The notes under the pieces: model-generated
The model's database searches: none
Told to the model about the DNA's origin: nothing
What the model saw: only the letters and a program-made list of their open reading frames with translations
Made by a program: the position numbers and the translations under genes
Part shown: one piece after another, positions 29,138 to 38,774 of the stretch
Numbering within the stretch: the first letter of the stretch is position 1
How the letters are laid out: every line of letters begins with the position of its first letter
Assembly: GCA_017940545.1 (NCBI GenBank)
Contig: JAGAYI010000027.1
Span: forward strand, 584 to 64,583
Source: Prevotella sp.
GTDB lineage: Bacteria > Bacteroidota > Bacteroidia > Bacteroidales > Bacteroidaceae
Direction: 5' to 3'
DNA: 64,000 bases

Positions 29138-30547
29138 TCATTGATGACGGGCCTCAATCTCTTTGTTAATCTTGTCAATGACCTCGTCACTCAGTTCATA
29201 CTTCGAAATAATGAACATGGCGAGAATCAGCAGCAGGGCCGGAATGACACATACGAGCCAACGGATGCCCTCCTGAACTGTGGGAGAGAGCACCTCCATG
29301 TTGTTCATGAAGTATGCGCCGGCAGCATTGCCTACCGACATCATGGCGAATGCCGTGATGAAGAACAGGGCGATGATACGCAAGGGACGGTTGCGCAGGA
29401 ACTCCGTCCACAGGTCACTCACCTTCACGTTTTTCGTTTCGCTGTCATCCATCACCACGCGCTCCTTGGTCTGCGAGAAGCAGAAAATGAGCAGTGCCAG
29501 ACCGACCAGTGAGAAGATGAGCATGGTGAGGAACCAGGCGTGAGAGTCTTTCGGCAGTGTGCTGGCAGCATCCTCTGCCGGCTCGTAGTTCACCAACCAC
29601 AAGACGAAACCGGGAACAACGCCTCCCAATGCCATACCAGCCTTGAAGAAGATACCCGTCAGGGCATTGACGATACCTGAAATACGGCGTCCCGTGGTAT
29701 ATTCACCATAGGAGATTACCTCGGGAATGAGTGCCCACATATAACCTGTTGCCACTATCACACCGGTCGATTTGATGAACTGGGCGATATAGACCCACAC
29801 GATATTCTCACTCACCGTTCCTATATGACTGATGACGTAGAGCATCGCCATGCCCAAAATGGCTACCGACAGGAAGATGTAAAACATATTCTTCTTACCC
29901 ACCTTCTTCTTGATGGCAGGAACCATCGGCATGAAAATGAACGAAGGCAGCGAACCCAGACCCATAAACATGGCCATCTCCCAAGGCAGGTCCTTCGAGG
30001 CCAGCACAGCCACGAGCAGTGGCACACCTGCCGACACGCAGAGTCCGCCGACATTAGCCATAAACATACGTACAGAAGTCAAAATGGTTATTTCGTCGGT
30101 GTCACGGGTCAGCGATGAGTTCAGCGCACCGTATGGCACATTGATTAATGTATAGAGCATAGACATGCCGACATACGTAATATACGCATATAGCACAGAT
30201 GGCTTGAAACCATCCCAAAAGCAGAGAATGGCCAGAATAGTCAGAGGAATGCCTCCCGTCACTAAGTATGAACGGTACTTTCCCAGACGAGGGTTATGCT
30301 TGTCAACAAAAGTTCCTACAAGGGGGTCCCACAACACATCGACCAAACGTACCACGAGGAACATGGTGCTGGCCAGTCCTGCTGATTTGGCTGCATCGCC
30401 ACCGAGGATATAAACATCGGTGTAGAAGAACAGCAGATACATACAGATGGTTTGGTAAATGAGATTCTGCGCCAAGTCGCCGGCACCGAAGCCGATGCGT
30501 TGCAACCATGAGAGCCTGTAAAAACCTTTTGATTCGTTAGATTCCAT
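29138..30547 (-). CDS. Glycoside-pentoside-hexuronide (MelB-like MFS) transporter, probable xylo-oligosaccharide symporter; internal helix order permuted
   Basis: GFGAGDLA, DVLWDPLVGTFVD and NVPYGAL motifs; 12 hydrophobic segments; first gene of the GH10-GH43 operon; promoter at 30586-30593. Confidence 0.93.
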   Translation of the reverse strand: MESNESKGFYRLSWLQRIGFGAGDLAQNLIYQTICMYLLFFYTDVYILGGDAAKSAGLASTMFLVVRLVDVLWDPLVGTFVDKHNPRLGKYRSYLVTGGIPLTILAILCFWDGFKPSVLYAYITYVGMSMLYTLINVPYGALNSSLTRDTDEITILTSVRMFMANVGGLCVSAGVPLLVAVLASKDLPWEMAMFMGLGSLPSFIFMPMVPAIKKKVGKKNMFYIFLSVAILGMAMLYVISHIGTVSENIVWVYIAQFIKSTGVIVATGYMWALIPEVISYGEYTTGRRISGIVNALTGIFFKAGMALGGVVPGFVLWLVNYEPAEDAASTLPKDSHAWFLTMLIFSLVGLALLIFCFSQTKERVVMDDSETKNVKVSDLWTEFLRNRPLRIIALFFITAFAMMSVGNAAGAYFMNNMEVLSPTVQEGIRWLVCVIPALLLILAMFIISKYELSDEVIDKINKEIEARHQ

Positions 30548-30755
30548 AATACTTATCGTTTTTCGTTAGTTATGTTTATGTGCTGCAAAGTTAGTTCATT
30601 TTTAGCAATCGGGTGTTTTTGCATGTAACAGAAGTTTTCATTTTTGTTTCATTTGCAAATAAAAGGAGGGTTTCTCGCGGTTTCATCGTCTTTTTTCCGT
30701 ACTTTTGCGTTAAGAAACAAGCATTAAAAGCACAACTATTAAAATTCAAGAAAAT

Positions 30756-32765
30756 ATGAAACGACGTATTCTTATCGGACTTTTGGCGGTTTGCCTCTTA
30801 CCCCTGACGCTTCAGGCACAAATTACATTACCCCAACTTTTCCAGTCAGGCATGGTACTCCAACGTGGCAAACCCATCCCCATTTGGGGAAAAGCCAATC
30901 CTGGTGAACAGGTAACCATCACGTTCCGTAAGAAAGAATACACCACCACCGCCGACGCTGACGGGCATTGGCGCATTGACCTGCCGAAACAGAAAGCAGG
31001 AGGACCCTACACGCTGAAGGTGCAAGGAGCACGGAACACGGAGCAGGAGGAGTCCCGGAACCCCGCAATAGAACTCACCGACGTGCTCATTGGTGACGTG
31101 TGGCTCTGCTCCGGTCAGTCGAACATCGACGTGACTATTGAGCGCGTCTATCCGCAGTACACCGATGAAATCGACGGTTTCAATAATTCTCAGGTACGCC
31201 TCTTCCGGGTACAGAACGAAACGAACACACACGGCCCGCAGCATGACATCAAGCCCACCAGCACCAATTGGAAACCCGTGACGAAGCAGAATGCATGGCC
31301 GTTTTCTGCCGTCGGCACGTTCCTTGGTCTCCGTATGCAACAGGAAACAGGTGTGCCACAGGGCATCATCGTCAACAGTTGGGGTGGAACACCCATCGAG
31401 GCCTGGATATCAGCAGACTCTTTGCAACAAGATTATCCGCTGCTTGTGGAGCGCACCAAGCTCTACCAGAATGGCGACTACGTGAAGGCGCAGCAACGGG
31501 CGAACCAACTGGCCGACCAGCGATGGAATGAGCTGTTAGATGCGAACGACCCCGGCATTCAGCAGCACTTTGCAGAACTCAGCTACGACGACTCGGCATG
31601 GACGACCGTCAATCAGTTCTCTACCGACTGGGCCAAGAAGAACGGCCGTGGCATCGTGGGCAGCATCTGGCTGCGCCAGCACATCACCATCGACAAGGCA
31701 CATGCCGGCAAGCCCGCCCGTTTGCTGTTGGGAACGCTGTTCGATGCAGACCGCACATTCCTAAACGGTAAGGAGATTGGTCGCACGTACTATCAGTATC
31801 CGCCTCGTCGCTACGATATTCCGGAAGGTATGCTGCGTGAGGGCGACAACGTTATTACCATTCGCTTTATTAATAAATATGGTATAGCGCACTTCATTCC
31901 AGAAAAACCCTACCTGTTAGCCTTTGGCGACGACCGCATGAGCCAGAGCCCCATGCCGCAGGACGTGTTGCCACTCAACACGCAGTGGCTTCACCATGCC
32001 GGAGCCGACATGCCGCCCTGCCCCAGTGGCGACGTGTCGCTACAGAACTTGCCGACCACACTCTACAATGCTGTGGTACACCCGTTAGCTCCTTACGCTC
32101 TGAGCGGTGTGGTGTGGTATCAAGGAGAGTCGAACACGGGCAATCCTGCACCATACGGCGACTACCTGCAGAAGCTGATGGGCAACTGGCGCACGTTGTG
32201 GCAAGAGCCGCAAATGCCGTTCGTCATTGTTCAGTTAGCCAACTACGACGGCCGCCAGCAGACGGGTTCTCCTTCGCCCATCACCACTCAGACGGAACCT
32301 GTCAACAGCGGTTGGGCTGCTCTCCGCGAACAGCAGCGGCAGACAGCGACGGCAGACCCGTATGCAGAACTGGCCTGTATCATCGACCTCGGTGAAACCG
32401 TCGATATTCATCCCTTGCGAAAGAAAGATGTGGCAGAACGTATCGGACGTTGCTTCGACCGGCTGGTATTCAACAAGAAGGTGACGCTGTCGCCTGTGGT
32501 AGTTGCCAGCGAAGTACAAGGAACGAACATCATACTGACCTTCGACCAGCCGCTATGCGATGGGGAGATTCTTGACGTGGAACTGGCAGGTGACGACCGT
32601 CGTTTCCAGAATGCCAAAGCCACGGCCGAAGGCACGAAACTGACGATTTCATCGGACATCCCCACCCCACGATATGTCCGCTACGCCTGGAAAGACAATC
32701 CGCTCCGTGCCAACCTTCGCGGCACCAACGGCCTGCCCGCCGTGCCGTTTGAGCGGAAACTATAA
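30756..32765 (+). CDS. Long-form sialate O-acetylesterase family carbohydrate esterase (probable xylan acetylesterase) with inserted beta-sandwich domain
   Basis: GDVWLCSGQSN, WGGTPIEAW, WYQGESN and DIHP motifs; signal peptide; promoter at 30700-30707. Confidence 0.88.
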   Translation: MKRRILIGLLAVCLLPLTLQAQITLPQLFQSGMVLQRGKPIPIWGKANPGEQVTITFRKKEYTTTADADGHWRIDLPKQKAGGPYTLKVQGARNTEQEESRNPAIELTDVLIGDVWLCSGQSNIDVTIERVYPQYTDEIDGFNNSQVRLFRVQNETNTHGPQHDIKPTSTNWKPVTKQNAWPFSAVGTFLGLRMQQETGVPQGIIVNSWGGTPIEAWISADSLQQDYPLLVERTKLYQNGDYVKAQQRANQLADQRWNELLDANDPGIQQHFAELSYDDSAWTTVNQFSTDWAKKNGRGIVGSIWLRQHITIDKAHAGKPARLLLGTLFDADRTFLNGKEIGRTYYQYPPRRYDIPEGMLREGDNVITIRFINKYGIAHFIPEKPYLLAFGDDRMSQSPMPQDVLPLNTQWLHHAGADMPPCPSGDVSLQNLPTTLYNAVVHPLAPYALSGVVWYQGESNTGNPAPYGDYLQKLMGNWRTLWQEPQMPFVIVQLANYDGRQQTGSPSPITTQTEPVNSGWAALREQQRQTATADPYAELACIIDLGETVDIHPLRKKDVAERIGRCFDRLVFNKKVTLSPVVVASEVQGTNIILTFDQPLCDGEILDVELAGDDRRFQNAKATAEGTKLTISSDIPTPRYVRYAWKDNPLRANLRGTNGLPAVPFERKL

Positions 32766-33728
32766 GATATTAGTTTCGCAAGCTCTTAATCTTTCATGCG
32801 CCTGGTCGATGATGGCCAGTAGCTCTTCTACCTTGGTGGCACGGAGCATGGCAATACGCGTCTGACGGAAGTCGGGAATACCCTTGAAGACGGGACTGGC
32901 AGCCAGGTGTCGGCGGGTGTGCAGTATGCCTCGATATTCGTCAATGCGCTCCACGTTGATGCGAAGCTGCTCCTTCAGCACGTCAATCTTTTCGTCTAAC
33001 GACAACTCGCGTCGCGAAAAAATCCACGGACAGCCAAACGTGGCACGGCCTATCATGACACCATCGACACCATAGGTGTCGAAGGCAGCATCAGCCTCAG
33101 CCAGTGAATGGATATCGCCATTGCCGATGATAGGGATGGTGATACGCGGATTGCGCTTTACTTCGCCTATCAACGTCCAGTCAGCCACTCCCGTGTACAT
33201 CTGGCTACGTGTACGACCGTGAATCGTAAGCGCCTGGATGCCGCAGTCCTGCAGCTGCTCTGCCAATTCCGTAATGATAAGTTGCTCATGGTTCCAGCCC
33301 AGGCGCGTCTTCACGGTGACTGGCACATGGACGGCCTTTACCACCTCCCGCGTAATCTCCAACAGCAGCGGGATATTCTGCAGCATGCCGGCACCGGCTC
33401 CCTTGCCTGCCACCTTCTTGACAGGACAGCCGAAGTTCAGGTCTATCACGTCAGGGTGCGCCTCTTCCACGATACGCGCCGCCTCCACCATCGAAGCCAC
33501 GTCACGTCCGTAAATCTGTATGCCTACGGGGCGTTCCTCGTCGCTGATGGTCAGTTTCCTCACCGTGCTGTTGACATTACGCACCAGGGCCTCGGCCGAT
33601 ACAAACTCCGTATAGACCATTGCAGCCCCGTAGCGCTTGCACAACAGACGGAACCCGATGTCGGTAACATCCTCCATCGGAGCCAGCAGCAATGGGCGTT
33701 CGCCCAAATCAATCGTTCCTATCCTCAA
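32760..33728 (-). CDS. dusB: tRNA-dihydrouridine synthase B
   Basis: LAPMEDVTD, DLNFGCP, TVKTRLG, HGRTR, GNGDI and MIGRA motifs; TTG start. Confidence 0.94.
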   Translation of the reverse strand: MRIGTIDLGERPLLLAPMEDVTDIGFRLLCKRYGAAMVYTEFVSAEALVRNVNSTVRKLTISDEERPVGIQIYGRDVASMVEAARIVEEAHPDVIDLNFGCPVKKVAGKGAGAGMLQNIPLLLEITREVVKAVHVPVTVKTRLGWNHEQLIITELAEQLQDCGIQALTIHGRTRSQMYTGVADWTLIGEVKRNPRITIPIIGNGDIHSLAEADAAFDTYGVDGVMIGRATFGCPWIFSRRELSLDEKIDVLKEQLRINVERIDEYRGILHTRRHLAASPVFKGIPDFRQTRIAMLRATKVEELLAIIDQAHERLRACETNIL

Positions 33729-33752
33729 TTTTCAATTATCAATTATCAATTA
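33725..33752. repeat. TCAATTA-type heptamer x4 spanning the dprA stop and dusB start
   Basis: tcaattt tcaatta tcaatta tcaatta. Confidence 0.8.
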
Positions 33753-34861
33753 ATCAAATGGTACGTTCCACCCGCCAACGACTTGATGACACCCTTCATC
33801 TCCATTTGGAAGAGCAGCGCAGTCAGCTGGCTGATGGGTATATTCGTCTTGACACTAATGATATTCAACTGTAAGTCGTTGGTCTGTTGTAACAGACTGA
33901 CTACTAACTGCTCTTCGGGAGTCAGGTCGGGAAACAGCTGACGCTCTACGGTCTGTGGTTGGTCGCTGAGCGTCTGCCAACCTATTGTTTCCAGAAAATC
34001 CTGTGCTGAGGTGAGCAGAGCCGCCGTATTATTACGAATCATCTTGTTGCAGCCTTCAGAGTAAGGCATGCCTACTGCACCCGGGAAGGCGAAGACATCA
34101 CGGCCATACTCCTGCGCAATGCGACAGGTGATAAGCCCTCCACCCTTCGCGGCACTTTCTACGAGGATGGTGGCATCTGATATGCCTGCCACAATGCGGT
34201 TACGCTGCCTGAAGTTGTTGGGCAATGCCTCAGTCTGACTCATGTACTCCGTAAGCAGTCCGCCTTGCCGCAACATGCGTACGGCATCATCACGGTGGCG
34301 GTAGGGATATATCTGGTCTAAGCCGTGGGCCAGGACACCCACCGTTTCGTACCCCTGCTCCAAGGCATGGCGATGGGCACAGATATCAATGCCGTAGGCC
34401 AGTCCGCTGACCACAAGTACCTGTGGACACTGTCCGCGCAGGTCGCTGACAAAGCGGCGCACCATGTCTTGGCCGTAAGGGGTGCAATGACGCGTACCGA
34501 CAATGTTCAGCACATAACGCTGATTGAGGTCGGCCGTGCCCTTATAGTATAAGATAATAGGGGCATCGGGACACTCACGCAACCGCTGAGGGTAGTCTGC
34601 ATCCTGCATGGTCAGTGCCCGTATGCCTTTCTGTGTGATGAACTCTATCTCGGCATCGGCACGCCTGAGGGCTTCGTCCCAGTTCCTCATGGCTTCGCAA
34701 AGCCGTGGCGTAGCATCGGCCACTGCTTCGCCAATAGCGTTGCGGTGCTCATACACAGCCTGGGCGCTGCCCATAGTCTGGTAGAGCAGCAGGGCCATGG
34801 CAGCATTGAAGCCCGTCATGCGGGTTAGTGCAATAGCGTAATACTGTTCTTCTGAACTCAT
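33746..34861 (-). CDS. dprA: DNA-processing protein DprA
   Basis: YPQRL, IVGTR, VSGLAYGID, FRQRNRIVAG and VESAAKGG motifs. Confidence 0.95.
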   Translation of the reverse strand: MSSEEQYYAIALTRMTGFNAAMALLLYQTMGSAQAVYEHRNAIGEAVADATPRLCEAMRNWDEALRRADAEIEFITQKGIRALTMQDADYPQRLRECPDAPIILYYKGTADLNQRYVLNIVGTRHCTPYGQDMVRRFVSDLRGQCPQVLVVSGLAYGIDICAHRHALEQGYETVGVLAHGLDQIYPYRHRDDAVRMLRQGGLLTEYMSQTEALPNNFRQRNRIVAGISDATILVESAAKGGGLITCRIAQEYGRDVFAFPGAVGMPYSEGCNKMIRNNTAALLTSAQDFLETIGWQTLSDQPQTVERQLFPDLTPEEQLVVSLLQQTNDLQLNIISVKTNIPISQLTALLFQMEMKGVIKSLAGGTYHLIN

Positions 34862-35259
34862 AAATAATCCTTAAATGCGCGGTCGTAGTCTTCGCTCTCG
34901 CCCAGTTTGCCATTAATCAGACATACCAGCATGATGTCACCTTTAAAGCAGAGAACTTCGTCAGAAGCACGGTAGATGTCCTGATGGAAGATATATTTAA
35001 ATCCATCCTTTTCTAACCACAGGCGCGAAATAAACTCATCGTCACATCGCAGAGGCGTCTTATACTGCAGTTTCATGCGGGCTACCACAGCATCTATGCC
35101 ACGTGCATGCATTTCGGCAAAGCTCAGTCCGCAGTGCTTCAGAAACAGATGACGCGTATGTTCCGTATAGTGCAGGTAGTTCGCATTGTTGACAATGCCC
35201 TCAATGTCGCACTCGTAGTCGCGCACCTCCATACGGGCTTCAAAGACATATTTTCTCAT
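34858..35259 (-). CDS. Acyl-CoA thioesterase (4HBT family)
   Basis: VRDYECDIEGIVNNANY motif. Confidence 0.9.
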   Translation of the reverse strand: MRKYVFEARMEVRDYECDIEGIVNNANYLHYTEHTRHLFLKHCGLSFAEMHARGIDAVVARMKLQYKTPLRCDDEFISRLWLEKDGFKYIFHQDIYRASDEVLCFKGDIMLVCLINGKLGESEDYDRAFKDYL

Positions 35260-36554
35260 TCTATTCTTTTTAAATATTCATAACCTATACGACAGCGCAA
35301 GCAGTCCTTACGGTCGCAGTATTCCTTTTTCAATTGTATAAGTGCCTGCGAGTCACCTGCCGTCTTTACCTCCAATCCACAGTCGCGCCACATTCGTATA
35401 ATGTAGTTGTTCTCAGCCTTCAGCTGTTCTAAGAAGTCGAATGCACGGTCGCATAGCTGCTCCTTCGACGCGTGTCGGCCATAGGCAAAAAGCATGGGGA
35501 TGGCGGTGTTGATCATCAGCAGGTTCAGCGAGAAGGGCGACAAGTTCTTTCCGTTTTCCGCACTGGTTGAACCAAATGTATAATGAGTTTCCCAATAAGG
35601 GGTGACATGGGTTCGCAACATGTCTTGCAGTTCGCCAATGGTGTTACACTCCACGAGACGCGACAGCGAAGCCTTGCGCTCATAATAAAGATTGGCGAGT
35701 TGAGAGATGCGGATATGCGGGAAGTTTTGCGGACGAAGCCTGAGAAAGCGCCACTGCCGGCTGTCCATGGGCGAAAGTGAGAACTTGTGTGCCAGATACA
35801 GGTACTCATTGCGCAGTTTGGCAAAGTAGCCCTCGTTCAATGCATCCTTCTGGTAGTGCTCCGGAACGGTGCTCAGTTCCAGCAGTCCGGCCTGCCCCAT
35901 GAAGATTGCTTCTATTTGGAACAGGTCGTCACGGTGCTTGCCTACAGCTGACAAGGGTACATGGTAGGCCCACTGTTCGAAGGCATCGCCATTGATGCCA
36001 AAGCCGTAATTACGGGCCATAGTCACGAAATAGGCATCCTCCCACGAGCCGTTACAGCGGTCTGCCCTCCGGCTGATGTCCTGGGTCTTGCGCTCCAGAC
36101 GCTCCGTCTGCAGGGCTGCCATCCAGGCGTGGACAGTCAGCGCCGACAAGTCAGGAATGATGCGGTAGCAGGGCGGATACTGGTCGGTTTTCAGCAATTC
36201 CTCGTAGTGCTGCCTCACCTGTTCGGGCACGTCCAGCTGCAGCTGTGGCACCAGCTGACCGTTGGTGGTCTGCACCTCCGCGTCTATGATGCTCGCCACG
36301 TGCAGCACCGTGTTGTCGTAGGCCGAGTCGTGGTCGTGCCCATGCCGGTACCAGTCGCTGGAGCGGTCGTGAATCTCCACGTTGCCCACCCACAGCGTAC
36401 CGTCAATCTTCACCTTGGCGTTGAAGAAGTCGGGCCCTGCGTTACGGTTATGCAGTCCAGGGTCAATAACCTCTACCGCACGTCCGTCGGTTGTCGCCAA
36501 TTCCTTGAGTGGAAACATCTTGTGCTTCCATACGTAATGCAGGAGTTGTTCCAC
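35256..36554 (-). CDS. DUF2851 family protein
   Basis: AGPDFFNA..WVGNVEIH..SDW..HGH..D..Y, RLRPQNFP and C-terminal CxxKxCLRC motifs. Confidence 0.85.
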   Translation of the reverse strand: MEQLLHYVWKHKMFPLKELATTDGRAVEVIDPGLHNRNAGPDFFNAKVKIDGTLWVGNVEIHDRSSDWYRHGHDHDSAYDNTVLHVASIIDAEVQTTNGQLVPQLQLDVPEQVRQHYEELLKTDQYPPCYRIIPDLSALTVHAWMAALQTERLERKTQDISRRADRCNGSWEDAYFVTMARNYGFGINGDAFEQWAYHVPLSAVGKHRDDLFQIEAIFMGQAGLLELSTVPEHYQKDALNEGYFAKLRNEYLYLAHKFSLSPMDSRQWRFLRLRPQNFPHIRISQLANLYYERKASLSRLVECNTIGELQDMLRTHVTPYWETHYTFGSTSAENGKNLSPFSLNLLMINTAIPMLFAYGRHASKEQLCDRAFDFLEQLKAENNYIIRMWRDCGLEVKTAGDSQALIQLKKEYCDRKDCLRCRIGYEYLKRIE

Positions 36555-36572
36555 AAGTTTGTCTGATTAATT

Positions 36573-38084
36573 CTACGAGTGCAAATCCAATATGAAGCGT
36601 GTACCCTTTGAGAATGTCGGGTCAAGCTCCAGGTCACCCTTCATCTTCAGGGCCATCTGCTTACAGATGGGGAGACCCAGGCCGTCACCGGTAGTAAGGT
36701 CTCTTACGGTAAGGAAAGGCTTAAACAAGTCGTCACGCTGCTCTTCGGGAATGCCACAGCCTGTGTCAGACACCAGGAACTGGTGAGTGTGCGGACCACG
36801 CTTTTTGAAATCCAAAGTGATGTGTCCACCCTCAGGTGTATATTGAGCAGCATTAGACAGCAGATGACGAAGTATATGGGAGACATACTCCTGATTGATG
36901 TTTGCCGTCATCTTCGGAACATTCACGGAAAGGGTGACATCTTTCTTCAGCTTACCGCGTATGCCTTCCACCAGTTCCTCACAGAATGACTGCATCGCAG
37001 TATCTTCCTTGGCGACGGCATCGTCGTCCATGTTTTCGACGGTGGCCAGCGTTTGTATGTGCTTCGAGAAATCCTGTAATGCCTTCACTTCGGGTATGCG
37101 GCCGTCCAGCTTCTGCAGCGTCGGGTCCAACTGTGCTGAAATGTTACTGATGAACTTTGCTTTCAGGGCATTGTTCTCGTTAGCCAGCTGAATAGCTTTC
37201 TTCTGCTTACGGGTAAGAAGAATGTAACGCATTAGCACGAAGCCGCCAAAGACCAGTACAGCTGCCAGCGCTACTGCCAAGATGCATAGGCTGACGATGA
37301 TGGCCTGACGGGTGGTCAGCGAACTGTCTTTGTCTGAGATGACCGCCTCATCGTCGGCTATGCGCTGTTTCAAAGCCTTGATTTCGTCGGCCGACTTCAG
37401 GGCACTCACCGAGTCCTTCCATGCCATGTAACTGCTATACGACTGTGCCACCAGGCCTGCACTATTGCTTTTCCGCCCGTTTGCAATCAGCGTCTTATAC
37501 ACTTTATCCACCTTGTCATATTCCTTCAGGGCTGTCAGCTTGCTGGCCATTTCCTTAAAGGTAGCATTACCTTTGTCGGTAAACCCGAAGGAGTAGTAAT
37601 ACACCGTCTTGTTATATAGCAGGTCGCTCTTCACAGCCTCATCGTTTGACGCATTGGCAAGACTTTCCATGATGGCCATCTGCTCCTTGGCACGGTCGGC
37701 CTTTCTGAACTTCATATACATCTGCAGGCGCTCCTTGGTAACCTGATAGTGCAGGGCAGCACGGTTGGCACCAGTACTCTTGGCATTCGAATCAATGGTC
37801 TGGTCAACTCGACGCAGAAACTCGAAAGCCTCCTTGAAAAGATTGTCTCTGCTGTACATAGAAGCTGCCTTTGTGCCGCATTCCACGCCCTGCTGCAACT
37901 GCCCCTTCGCGACATATTCCTCGAAAGCATGGATATACAGGGAACGTGCACTGGTTGCGGTTCCCTTTTGTGCTTCTGCATCGGCACGCTGGTGCAGGTC
38001 ACTCTTTTGAACATCCTGGGCTACCACAAGAGAGCTTAACAAGAAAAAACTGAAAAGTAAGAAAAATACTTTTTTGGTCATCAT
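36573..38084 (-). CDS. Histidine-kinase-like membrane protein with HATPase_c domain but no phospho-acceptor His
   Basis: N, G1, F and G2 boxes present (LLSNAAQY, DTGCGI, LFKPF, GDGLGL). The H-box reads FISNISAQLDPTL. Promoter at 38113-38120. Confidence 0.85.
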   Translation of the reverse strand: MMTKKVFFLLFSFFLLSSLVVAQDVQKSDLHQRADAEAQKGTATSARSLYIHAFEEYVAKGQLQQGVECGTKAASMYSRDNLFKEAFEFLRRVDQTIDSNAKSTGANRAALHYQVTKERLQMYMKFRKADRAKEQMAIMESLANASNDEAVKSDLLYNKTVYYYSFGFTDKGNATFKEMASKLTALKEYDKVDKVYKTLIANGRKSNSAGLVAQSYSSYMAWKDSVSALKSADEIKALKQRIADDEAVISDKDSSLTTRQAIIVSLCILAVALAAVLVFGGFVLMRYILLTRKQKKAIQLANENNALKAKFISNISAQLDPTLQKLDGRIPEVKALQDFSKHIQTLATVENMDDDAVAKEDTAMQSFCEELVEGIRGKLKKDVTLSVNVPKMTANINQEYVSHILRHLLSNAAQYTPEGGHITLDFKKRGPHTHQFLVSDTGCGIPEEQRDDLFKPFLTVRDLTTGDGLGLPICKQMALKMKGDLELDPTFSKGTRFILDLHS

Positions 38085-38168
38085 AATGATAAATCTATAG
38101 GTTATTGATGTGCAAATGTAAGCAAATATTTGATTTCCACCAAATATTTCACCATATTTTAGCTGACC

Positions 38169-38774
38169 TTAGAGCCAGAAGACCCCTTCAGGGCCCATAT
38201 TAAACAGCAGGTCGAGGATGCTGAGGTGAGGCAAGAAGCCATGCTTGTGCGCAAACACCTGGTAGTAGGGAGCTCCCCCTTCCGTCCCCCCGAGGGGGGA
38301 AACCGCCGCGCCCAAAGCCTCCCCTTGGGGAGGTGTGGAGGGGGCTTCTCCTTGTTTCCACTCTTTTGTTTCCTCAACTACCGGATGAATGTCAAGCAGC
38401 TCACACATCTTCTGCATGATTTCGAAGTTATAGTCATATAGAAAGGCATAGTCACGATCGAAGAATGGGAGCAGGTCGTCAACATAGTATTCGAAGAAAG
38501 GACTCTCACTATAGGCTGACTGCAAGGCATTCCAGTGTTGCCGGCGCCACGAGCCATGGTTACTGATGCGAACATCACGAATCAGGCGACTGCCCCCATG
38601 CTCTACAGGCACCGTGAGTACCTGCCGCCCGTTGGCTGTGGCAATGATGCAACGGTTACGGAAGGTCTGCTTCACGTACGACTCGTTTGCTTCCAGCAGC
38701 ACACGGTCTGCCCGATATAACTGTTGGTACCACTCAATGGGGCCAAAATAGGTGGTGGAAAGAAGTGTCGTCAT
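38169..38774 (-). CDS. WbqC family protein with in-frame REP-like insertion
   Basis: YVKQTFRNRC, LTVPV, SAYSESPFFEYY, YYQVF and LSILDLLFNMGP motifs. Confidence 0.9.
   Translation of the reverse strand: MTTLLSTTYFGPIEWYQQLYRADRVLLEANESYVKQTFRNRCIIATANGRQVLTVPVEHGGSRLIRDVRISNHGSWRRQHWNALQSAYSESPFFEYYVDDLLPFFDRDYAFLYDYNFEIMQKMCELLDIHPVVEETKEWKQGEAPSTPPQGEALGAAVSPLGGTEGGAPYYQVFAHKHGFLPHLSILDLLFNMGPEGVFWL
38271..38346. repeat. GC-rich REP-like double-hairpin element, in-frame in the WbqC gene
   Basis: Inverted ends AGCTCCCCCTTCC / GGAGGGGGCT; inner hairpins TCCCCCC-GA-GGGGGGA and CCTCCCC-TT-GGGGAGG. Confidence 0.85.

Noticed and set aside
32760-32765. Convergent stop-codon overlap of the esterase and dusB
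   Set aside because: This is a common compact arrangement with no further signal.
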